From an uncultured Muribaculaceae bacterium (GTDB lineage: Bacteria > Bacillota_I > Bacilli_A > RF39 > UBA660): a stretch of 64,000 bases of DNA. The stretch covers positions 128,066 to 192,065 of the forward strand of contig CAYOYB010000001.1 in NCBI GenBank assembly GCA_964408085.1, read 5' to 3'. The translations under genes and the position numbers were made by a program. This document shows, piece by piece, positions 1 to 7,659 of the stretch. The notes beneath the pieces are model-generated. The model had not been told where the DNA came from and did not search any database. It saw nothing but the letters and a program-made list of their open reading frames with translations. How positions within the stretch are numbered: the first letter of the stretch is position 1; every line of letters starts with the position of its first letter.

Positions 1-523
1 TAGCGCATTCTAATAATTCGACACCATTATCTTGAAGAAATTCCGAAAACTTAATAATATGTTCTGGTAATTTATCACTTCCTAAATGCTTTTGTTTTAT
101 TAGTAATAATCTAGCCCCTGTAAGAGCAATTTTTTTCTTTATTTTTTCAGCTTCGTCTAAGTTACTTGGATAAACTTTACTATCCATATTAAACTTATTA
201 AAAATCTGTTCTGTATCATCTATTAATTGGTAAGCTTCATCACTTGACATATATTTAAATAAATCTGATTTTCCAATTTTTGGAATAAAGTTTAACTTTC
301 CATCCGAAAAAGTTCCTGCACCACCAAAACCTGATAATATTTGGCATGGGTTGCAATTTGTACAATTAGATTTATTTTTGTTCATTGGGCAAGCTCTTTT
401 TGTAGCTAAACGTCCTTTATCTAATAATAAAATTTTTAAATTTTTTTGCTTTGTAATTAATTCATAAGCTGCAAATAAACCAGCAGGACCAGCTCCTACA
501 ATTACCACATCATATTGTTTCAT
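1..523 (-). CDS. FAD/NAD(P)-binding oxidoreductase, 5' part only (gene continues past window start)
   Basis: Not in ORF track because truncated. Minus-strand ATG at 521-523. My translation MKQYDVVIVGAGPAGLFAAYEL... has the GxGxxG Rossmann dinucleotide-binding fingerprint followed by LLLDKG. Confidence 0.7.
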   Translation of the reverse strand, partial: MKQYDVVIVGAGPAGLFAAYELITKQKNLKILLLDKGRLATKRACPMNKNKSNCTNCNPCQILSGFGGAGTFSDGKLNFIPKIGKSDLFKYMSSDEAYQLIDDTEQIFNKFNMDSKVYPSNLDEAEKIKKKIALTGARLLLIKQKHLGSDKLPEHIIKFSEFLQDNGVELLECA

Positions 524-629
524 AATATACCTCTTTTCATATTTATTGTAACACAGTTTAAATTTATCCACAACCAGGATAATTATAATATTAAATAATA
601 TTACATATAATTATATGAGGATTGATACT

Positions 630-1466
630 ATGAAAGAAAAAATAATTTTAATTTTTAAAGGTATAATCGTTGGATTAGGAAAAATAATTCCTGGTGTAAG
701 TGGTGCGATGCTAGCAATAACGCTAGGAATATATGATAAATGTGTATATGCTATTAGTAACTTTACGAAAAATATCAAAGATAACATGAATTTATTATTT
801 TATATTGGAATTGGGCTTGTTTTATCAATTGGAATATTCAGCAATTTGGTAATATTTTTATTAAATAATTATTATATGATAACAATGTGTTTTTTTATTG
901 GTTTAATTATAGGTGGGTTACCAAAATTGTATAGTGAAAGCAAAATAAATGTAAAAAAAGTAAGCAACATTATAGTTATAACTCTCGCGTTTATAATTAT
1001 AATAATATTAAATTCTTTTAGTCCAGACCATACAGTTAAGACAGAAGCTAATTTTGTAACATTAATTGGAATAGGTTTTCTGGAGTCATTCGCAATGATT
1101 GTTCCTGGTATTAGTGGAACTGCTTTATTAATGTTAGTAGGCTATTATGATTTAGTTATTTTGCGATTTAGTCAAATCTTTAATATCATGTCATTATTTG
1201 AAACAACTAAATTTTTCATTCCCTTTGGTTTAGGAATGTTGATAGGTGTAATTATCATGTCAAAAATTATAAATATATGTTTTAAAAAATATCCAATAAA
1301 AACTTATTGCGCTATTGTTGGTTTAATCTTATCATCAATATATATATTAGTAATTGAAGTTTTTAAAGTTACATTAGGTTTTAAATTATTTTTTATAAGT
1401 TTACTTTTTATAATAATTGGAAGTATGATTTCCTATATTTTAGATCATACAATGGGTAATAAATAG
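630..1466 (+). CDS. DUF368-family polytopic membrane protein (family linked to undecaprenyl-phosphate recycling)
   Basis: Two copies of the DUF368 signature (IIPGVSGAMLAITLGIYD and IVPGISGTALLMLVGYYD) in a multi-TM protein. Start moved from 615 to in-frame ATG 630, which has GAGG 9 nt upstream. Confidence 0.75.
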   Translation: MKEKIILIFKGIIVGLGKIIPGVSGAMLAITLGIYDKCVYAISNFTKNIKDNMNLLFYIGIGLVLSIGIFSNLVIFLLNNYYMITMCFFIGLIIGGLPKLYSESKINVKKVSNIIVITLAFIIIIILNSFSPDHTVKTEANFVTLIGIGFLESFAMIVPGISGTALLMLVGYYDLVILRFSQIFNIMSLFETTKFFIPFGLGMLIGVIIMSKIINICFKKYPIKTYCAIVGLILSSIYILVIEVFKVTLGFKLFFISLLFIIIGSMISYILDHTMGNK

Positions 1467-1511
1467 TGCATTAACTAATTATTTCGCATATATTTAATTG
1501 AGGTGAAATAT

Positions 1512-1853
1512 ATGGAAAAAAAGTTACCAGGAATTTTTGCTAATAAAATTGAAAGAGGTATAGATAATAATTCTAATGTATATTATTCAGCTAATAATGA
1601 AAAAGTAGATAATGTAGGTGATAATAATAAAAGTGATAATAAACAATTAGACTCTAGTTTAAATGTAAATCAAAAAATTAATAAAATATTTAATTCCACA
1701 AAATATGTATATAAAGCTGATGTTCATATCTGTTTGAAAAACGAAGAGATTGATTGTCGTATAATAGGTAAAAATGCAACTCATCTAATAACAATGGATA
1801 ATAAATTAATTCCTATCAGTGACATAATAGATATTAATTTTTTAGAAAAATAG
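1512..1853 (+). CDS. hypothetical protein, Asn/Lys-rich
   Basis: ORF track 1503..1853. ATG 1512 has GAGGTG 6 nt upstream. Followed by a hairpin terminator. No recognisable motif. Confidence 0.5.
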   Translation: MEKKLPGIFANKIERGIDNNSNVYYSANNEKVDNVGDNNKSDNKQLDSSLNVNQKINKIFNSTKYVYKADVHICLKNEEIDCRIIGKNATHLITMDNKLIPISDIIDINFLEK

Positions 1854-1865
1854 AATTAATTTGAT

Positions 1866-1885
1866 AGACCTCAATGGTCTTTTTT
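1866..1885 (+). terminator. rho-independent terminator candidate
   Basis: agacc-tcaat-ggtct stem-loop followed by TTTTT. Confidence 0.5.
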
Positions 1886-1911
1886 ATATAAAAAAACATA
1901 TCAATGATATG

Positions 1912-2871
1912 TTAAAAAAATCGTTTACTAAAACCTTTAGTTTTAAATTTTATAGATTCACATTTTTCATCGACTATGACTTTATCGTTTATTGACATAT
2001 TATTAAAATTAACACGTGAAAAATGATTATTTAGGACTTCTCTTTCAATTAAAACAGCTCCAGGAAATGGTTCGCTAGCAAAATCTCTTATATCACTTAA
2101 TGTAGGAATAGTAACAAAGTAATTCGTATTAATGTATTGAATTCTAAATGGAGAATGATAATGCCCTTGTAGAATTAAATCATTGTGTAAGTTTTTTATT
2201 GAGACCATTTTATCAAATTCTTTTTGATATTTATAGCCAAATTTATGCATTAGTACAATTTTTCCTTTATTGATATTTATTTCTCCTAGTCCAAACCCAA
2301 TTGGGATAATATCATGTCTATAGTTTTTAAGAGCGACTGCTAAATTTTGCGACGCAGACTCTGCTACACTATAGTCATGATCTCCTAATACAGCAATATT
2401 TAATATTGAATGATCGTATGGATACTTATTTAATACAAATTCAATTTGTTGTTCAGGGTTTTTAATAAGCTTATCGCCTTTACCATAAGTGCCATCAATT
2501 AAATCCCCACATATAAATATGATATGAATTCCTTCTTTAACACAATAGTCATATATTTTATCAATGGCATCAAGTCTTTGTTTTTTATTACCAATATGTA
2601 GATCCGATATTGCAACAGCACGAAGTGTATTACTATTTTTGGTTATAATGTCTACATAATTTTTTTGATTATTTTGCGTAATTATAGTTTTAGGAGTATA
2701 AATAATATCTCCATTATCATAGTATTGTCTATTAAATTCAAAGCCTTTATCTTCCATCATGCGCAAAATATAATATATTTGCTTTCTAGATAGCTGAAGC
2801 TGCTCACATATTTCGTTAATAGTTAGTTTTTGTTTTATTAGCTCAAATAGTAGTTCGGACTTTACTGACAT
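1912..2871 (-). CDS. metallophosphoesterase (calcineurin-like) with N-terminal winged-HTH
   Basis: Phosphoesterase motifs ISDLHIG, CGDLIDG, GDHD, GHYH. N-terminal LSRKQIYYILRMMEDKGF HTH-like segment. Start set to ATG 2871 (AAGGGG 8 nt upstream). Confidence 0.75.
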   Translation of the reverse strand: MSVKSELLFELIKQKLTINEICEQLQLSRKQIYYILRMMEDKGFEFNRQYYDNGDIIYTPKTIITQNNQKNYVDIITKNSNTLRAVAISDLHIGNKKQRLDAIDKIYDYCVKEGIHIIFICGDLIDGTYGKGDKLIKNPEQQIEFVLNKYPYDHSILNIAVLGDHDYSVAESASQNLAVALKNYRHDIIPIGFGLGEININKGKIVLMHKFGYKYQKEFDKMVSIKNLHNDLILQGHYHSPFRIQYINTNYFVTIPTLSDIRDFASEPFPGAVLIEREVLNNHFSRVNFNNMSINDKVIVDEKCESIKFKTKGFSKRFF

Positions 2872-2946
2872 ACTACACACCCCTTTAAAATATAGTGATT
2901 ATTATAATATTAATACTTTTATATGTCAATAAAAAAGACAGAATAA

Positions 2947-4440
2947 TTAATTTATTCTGCCGCAAATTGGACAAATTCGTTCATCATCACCTAATGGAGT
3001 ATTACAGAATTGGCAAGTTCTACCAAGCGTCATTGGTATATTTCTTTTCATTAAACGTTTTAAAGGATCTTCTTCCTTTTTTTCTTTTTTCTTAAATAAA
3101 GCTTTTTTCTCATCAATTTTGATATCACTTGGATTAAGTGCCATAAATTCTGGCTTAGGTTTATCTTCAACTTGTATATTATTAGTCATAATATTTTCAT
3201 CATTTAAAGATAAGTCTGGTATTTCATTATCTATTAATTGATTTTCTTCTTTTACAGGTTCTAAATTTTGTATTTCAGAAATGTCATTCATGAAAATTTC
3301 TTCTTGAGAATCTGAATTTATAATATTATCATCAATTATGTTATTATCAGCATTTGTAGGAATATCTTCAGTTATTTCTTCAAAGAAGTCATCATCATCT
3401 TTGTATTCATATTCTTCAATTTCTTCTAATAATTCATCGTTTTCATCAAGTATACTAATTTCACCATTATTTATATTTTCATCAGAATCCTTGATAGAAC
3501 TATCATCATCTTCTATAGATTCTAAAGTAACATCTGGCTCTGAATCTTTTTCTTCCATATTTTGTGTTACATTTGTATTATCTAAATTTTCATAATCCCA
3601 ACTATTTTCAATATTATCATCAATTATATTATTATCAGTATTATCTTCTATGTCATTATCTTGAGATGTAATATTTTCATTATTGATTTCAATATTCATA
3701 TCTTCAGTTATGATATTTTCATCATTATTTTCGATATTAATGCCTTCAGTGATGATGTTTTCATCATTATTTTTGATATTAATATTTTCAGTTATAACAT
3801 TTTCATCTTTATTTTCAATATCAATATCCCAATTCATAATATCTTCAGTATCATCATCAATATCAGTATCTTCTATTAAATCATTTTCATTTAAATTATC
3901 TTGCTCATCATTAAATTTATTTTTATTTAAAATGTTAGCAAGAGGTATTTGTTCTTCATAGTTTAAAGATATATCAGTATCTTCAATAATGCTTGGAGGT
4001 TCGCTAACTTCAAAATTATTATCCATTTTTTCATCGTAAGTTACAGTTTTTATTTCTTTTTGTTCAACATCTTTCCTTATTGTAAATAATCCACCAATTA
4101 TACTAAAAATCATACCAATTGGATATAGAATAAGTGCAATACCATAAGCAAAATTTGGTGTTGATGTTAATCCCTCAATCGTTAAGATGTCATATACTCC
4201 ATAACCAATTATTACTATATTTAATATAGTCGGTATTAAAGATAACTTATATTTTTTGATAGTAACTAAAACTAAAGTAATTGCTGATAAAATTATAATT
4301 GCAAACGAAAGATAAAAAAATTGATCGATAAATGCGAATGATTGATTATTGAATTTAGTAATTGGCACAACTGTTGCCACAATTAATAGTAAGCTTCCTA
4401 GATAACTTAAAATAAAAAGTTTTTTTCTGATAGTTTTCAT
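2947..4440 (-). CDS. membrane protein with long acidic repeat region and C-terminal zinc ribbon
   Basis: Start set to MKTIRKK (ATG 4440). About 4 TM helices, then a D/E/N-rich region with 14-aa repeats. C-terminus is CQFCNTPLGDDERICPICG (CxxC...CxxC). Confidence 0.65.
   Translation of the reverse strand: MKTIRKKLFILSYLGSLLLIVATVVPITKFNNQSFAFIDQFFYLSFAIIILSAITLVLVTIKKYKLSLIPTILNIVIIGYGVYDILTIEGLTSTPNFAYGIALILYPIGMIFSIIGGLFTIRKDVEQKEIKTVTYDEKMDNNFEVSEPPSIIEDTDISLNYEEQIPLANILNKNKFNDEQDNLNENDLIEDTDIDDDTEDIMNWDIDIENKDENVITENINIKNNDENIITEGINIENNDENIITEDMNIEINNENITSQDNDIEDNTDNNIIDDNIENSWDYENLDNTNVTQNMEEKDSEPDVTLESIEDDDSSIKDSDENINNGEISILDENDELLEEIEEYEYKDDDDFFEEITEDIPTNADNNIIDDNIINSDSQEEIFMNDISEIQNLEPVKEENQLIDNEIPDLSLNDENIMTNNIQVEDKPKPEFMALNPSDIKIDEKKALFKKKEKKEEDPLKRLMKRNIPMTLGRTCQFCNTPLGDDERICPICGRIN
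3671..3838. repeat. 4 x 42-bp tandem repeat inside the acidic-repeat gene
   Basis: Units start at 3671, 3713, 3755 and 3797 (atattttcat.../atgttttcat.../acattttcat...). They encode ENIITE-type 14-aa repeats on the minus strand. Confidence 0.8.
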
Positions 4441-4595
4441 TATAGTCAACCCTTTCAATACATATAATAAGTATAACACAAATTTTGAAACTTTAGTATC
4501 TATATTATTATTTTTTATTCTAAATATGTTCAAAATTTGTTTTTTTAAAAAAAATCCACACAAATTAATGTGCAGATTTTTTTTAATGTATTATA

Positions 4596-5033
4596 CTATA
4601 AACATTCTACGAAAGTATCTTGTAAACATCTTAGATTACAAACACAGTTAAGATTTGTTGTAAAGAAAGAATTTGTTGCTACATATGGAATTGTTGCTAC
4701 TTGAGTAGTATCAGGATTTGGTGCTAAAACTCTAAATGTTGCACAGCATCCATCAATTTTTTCTACTCTAAACACAGGAGATGTTGTTGTACCAAAAACA
4801 TCTTCTTTAGAAGTTGGCATAGCTAGCGGAGTGCCAGCGTTAGCGCAACAAGTATAAAGCATTATAGGTCTTGTGTTGCAACCAAGAGTTGTCGATGAAC
4901 AACCTAAGAATCCTCTATCGCAAGTATCTAAGCAAGCATCAGAGCAACAACTAGCATTTTGTTGTAAAATAGATATAACAGTTAAGATTTCAGCGATGCA
5001 TTGACAATTGTTATTTTCATTATTATTACACAT
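4596..5033 (-). CDS. CotY/CotZ-family cysteine-rich spore coat/exosporium protein
   Basis: Cys-rich. N-terminal CQCIAEILTVISILQ, central VFRVEKIDGCCATFRVL and C-terminal CVCNLRCL match the layout I recall for Bacillus CotZ/CotY. Start set to ATG 5033 (GAAGGGG upstream). Confidence 0.7.
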   Translation of the reverse strand: MCNNNENNNCQCIAEILTVISILQQNASCCSDACLDTCDRGFLGCSSTTLGCNTRPIMLYTCCANAGTPLAMPTSKEDVFGTTTSPVFRVEKIDGCCATFRVLAPNPDTTQVATIPYVATNSFFTTNLNCVCNLRCLQDTFVECL

Positions 5034-5176
5034 ATAATCCACCCCTTCATATTATTTTCAATATAACATATTCAAAAAAAATAAATTAGTGTAAACTATT
5101 ACCTATAAATAATTAATAATAACTAATATTAGTTACCTAAAATAGATAGTTACATATAATAAAGCGAGGTGAAATA

Positions 5177-5623
5177 ATGTATAGTATATATCAAATTCAA
5201 GTTGGTGATACACTAGATAGTGTTGCTTCTAAAGTTGGCACAACAAAACAGATTTTATCAACAATAAATGGTCTAACTGATACTAATTTAACTCCTGGCA
5301 ATTATATTGTTATACCTATGAATGTAAATTTACCATTTGCAACCTATACAGTAAAAAAAGGCGATAATGTTTATGAAATTGCGCGTCGTTATGGTGTAGA
5401 TTATAGAACACTATTAGAAATAAATGGTTTAAATGCTGATGACTATATTTATCCAGACCAAGAAATCATTATTCCAAATCAAAATTTTAATGTATATGTA
5501 ACACGTGAGAATGATTCATTAGGTACAGTAGCTGCAAAATTAGGAGCTAATCAAGAGGAAATAATTAGAGATAATGCTACAATTTATTTATTACCAGAAC
5601 AATTAATTTTATATCGTAAGTAA
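5177..5623 (+). CDS. protein with three LysM domains
   Basis: Three repeats of the LysM pattern (YQIQVGDTLDSVASKVG..., YTVKKGDNVYEIARRYG..., VYVTRENDSLGTVAAKLG...). Confidence 0.8.
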   Translation: MYSIYQIQVGDTLDSVASKVGTTKQILSTINGLTDTNLTPGNYIVIPMNVNLPFATYTVKKGDNVYEIARRYGVDYRTLLEINGLNADDYIYPDQEIIIPNQNFNVYVTRENDSLGTVAAKLGANQEEIIRDNATIYLLPEQLILYRK

Positions 5624-5701
5624 TACTTAAAAAGAGAAAAACTCTTTTTTTTTATAAAAATATATTATATAATATTAATATAGTTAGATAGGAAGTGCAA
5701 G

Positions 5702-6115
5702 ATGAAAAAAGTATTTTTACTTATTATAATGTTATTACCTCTTTTAGCAGGTTGTGGTTCAAAATTAACTACATATGAAGAAATTGAATATGATGAATTT
5801 ATAGAGAAAATTGAAAATAAGGATGACTTTATACTTTTTATTGGTTCATCAACGTGCCAACATTGTGATGCATTTAAAGAAACTGTTAAAAGTGTTGTCA
5901 AAAACTATCAAATAAAGATCTATTATATTGATATACATAAATTTACTGAACAACAATCAAATAAGTTTAAAACTTATATTAATTTCAGTGCAACACCAAC
6001 TACAGTATTTATATACAATGGTACTGAAAAAACAACTTATAATCGTATAAATGGTAATTTAAGTTATGATAAAGTTATCGATAAATTGACTAAGGCAGGA
6101 TTTATAAAAGAATAG
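5702..6115 (+). CDS. thioredoxin-fold lipoprotein
   Basis: Lipobox LLAGCGS. CxxC redox motif STCQHCD in a thioredoxin-like context (FIGSSTCQHCDAFK). Confidence 0.7.
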   Translation: MKKVFLLIIMLLPLLAGCGSKLTTYEEIEYDEFIEKIENKDDFILFIGSSTCQHCDAFKETVKSVVKNYQIKIYYIDIHKFTEQQSNKFKTYINFSATPTTVFIYNGTEKTTYNRINGNLSYDKVIDKLTKAGFIKE

Positions 6116-6124
6116 GGGATATAG

Positions 6125-7156
6125 ATGGAAGATAATAATATTGAATTTTTAGAAGAATTAGATAATGATAAAGAAGAAAAAGAGATAGCTCCAGATATTA
6201 CTGGCGTAAAATTTAGTGTTCTAGATAATTATGGAGAAGATTTAACTGCTAAAACTTATATAACGAATCCAGCTATTGCCAGAGAAAGTGAATTAAAGAA
6301 ACTAATGATTGTTTTACTAACTCCAGAAAAATCTGGTTTATTAATTGGTAAAGCAGGTATAGGTAAAACAGCCATTGTTGAAGGATTAGCTTATCTAATT
6401 CAAAGAAAAGAAGTTCCAGATGCTTTATTAGGATATCGTGTTATAAAATTCAATTCAACATCATTAGTAGGAAAAGTAACACTTGATGGAGAAGAACGTT
6501 TAGTTATGGGACTTTTAGTTGATGAATTAAAAGTTACTGGAAAAACAATTGTCTTTATCGATGAAATTCATACTTTGATTGGTGGAAAAGGTTCAGGACC
6601 TATGGACTTAGCCAATATGTTAAAGCCAGGGCTTGACCGTGGTACTATTAAAGCAATAGGTGCTACAACTACAATTGAGTATGATACTTATGTTATTCGA
6701 GACCGTGCCTTTTTAAGACGTTTTGATCGTATTGATGTTTTAGAACCGGATGAACCAACAACTGTTAAAATTTTAATGGGTACATTACCAAAAATTGAAA
6801 AGCAAACAGGTGTCAAATTTAAATATAATGATTATGTTGCTGAGAAATTGCTTACATCGATTGTAAGTGCTACTTCCGAATTTAAAAGAATTTACGGTTT
6901 AGCAGCTATGTATCCCGATGTTTCGTTATCAGTTTTAACACAAGCATTCTCTCATGCTTTATATAATAATAATTCCGAAGTTACAGTTTTGGACGTATAT
7001 AACGCAATCAAAACAAGTAAAAGAATTTATCCTGATAGTATTGTAAAAGAACTTACTTTATTTCGTGAGAAATTTAAAAAATTATGTGAAGATGAGGGAG
7101 TTGTTTTACCAGTTGTAACAAAAGAAGAAATAGAAAGTATGCAAGAAGATTATTAA
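6125..7156 (+). CDS. stand-alone AAA+ ATPase resembling the D1 module of ClpA/ClpB/ClpC
   Basis: LLIGKAGIGKTAIVEGLA (Walker A), IVFIDEIHTLIG (Walker B), GATTTIEYDTYVIRDRAFLRRF (sensor/Arg finger region), collinear with ClpB D1. No N-domain, M-domain or D2. Confidence 0.75.
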   Translation: MEDNNIEFLEELDNDKEEKEIAPDITGVKFSVLDNYGEDLTAKTYITNPAIARESELKKLMIVLLTPEKSGLLIGKAGIGKTAIVEGLAYLIQRKEVPDALLGYRVIKFNSTSLVGKVTLDGEERLVMGLLVDELKVTGKTIVFIDEIHTLIGGKGSGPMDLANMLKPGLDRGTIKAIGATTTIEYDTYVIRDRAFLRRFDRIDVLEPDEPTTVKILMGTLPKIEKQTGVKFKYNDYVAEKLLTSIVSATSEFKRIYGLAAMYPDVSLSVLTQAFSHALYNNNSEVTVLDVYNAIKTSKRIYPDSIVKELTLFREKFKKLCEDEGVVLPVVTKEEIESMQEDY

Positions 7157-7231
7157 TCTAAAAATTAATTTATAGTATTAAATTAACTTGCAAAAAGATT
7201 ACTTAGTTGATATAATTATTTAGGTGATTTC

Positions 7232-7573
7232 ATGAGCGAAGATCGAGAACAAGCTATTCAATTGATTAAAGATAAGTTAAACAAAAAAAGTTCTTTATCA
7301 TATGTTGATATAGCAAAACTTACTAATTATCATCCTAAATATATATTAAAGTTAAAAAAAGATATCTTAGATGATAATATCAATTATATTCATGGTAATA
7401 AAAATAAGAAACCAGCTAATACTATACCAATAGAGGAAGAAGAAAAAATTGTTAATCTATATAAACGTAGTAATGCAAGTATTAGAAGATTTTGTAAATT
7501 TTATGGAAAAAGAAGCTATTCATGTATATATAATGTTTTAAAAAGAAATGGTTTATTAGATGATGAAAATTAG
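7232..7573 (+). CDS. small helix-turn-helix protein
   Basis: Two HTH-like segments (SYVDIAKLTNYHPKYILKLKK, ASIRRFCKFYGKRSYSCIYNVLKRNG). Terminator hairpin gccttt/aaaggc follows at about 7574-7598. Confidence 0.5.
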   Translation: MSEDREQAIQLIKDKLNKKSSLSYVDIAKLTNYHPKYILKLKKDILDDNINYIHGNKNKKPANTIPIEEEEKIVNLYKRSNASIRRFCKFYGKRSYSCIYNVLKRNGLLDDEN

Positions 7574-7659
7574 CCTTTTAATATAAAGGCTTTTTTTGTC
7601 GATAAAAAATAATTCTATAAAAATATTTATCTTTATATAGTTATATGGGAGGAATAACT

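Noticed and set aside
2895-3095. 66-aa plus-strand ORF between the phosphoesterase and zinc-ribbon genes
   Set aside because: It mostly overlaps the 3' end of the minus-strand gene 2947-4440. It has no RBS and a hydrophobic junk composition.
3338-3961. Three plus-strand ORFs (3338..3595, 3661..3879, 3683..3961) rich in Ser/Ile/Phe
   Set aside because: They lie antisense to the acidic-repeat gene (2947-4440) and are low-complexity mirror images of its GAT/GAA/AAT-rich codons. They have no RBS and no independent support.
5665-5901. 78-aa minus-strand ORF
   Set aside because: It is antisense to the thioredoxin-like lipoprotein gene, which has a lipobox and a CxxC motif. It is a shadow ORF.
7232-7573. 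Small HTH protein as the remnant of an IS transposase
   Set aside because: Only a generic HTH resemblance. There is no DDE region, no flanking inverted repeats and no duplicated target sequence.
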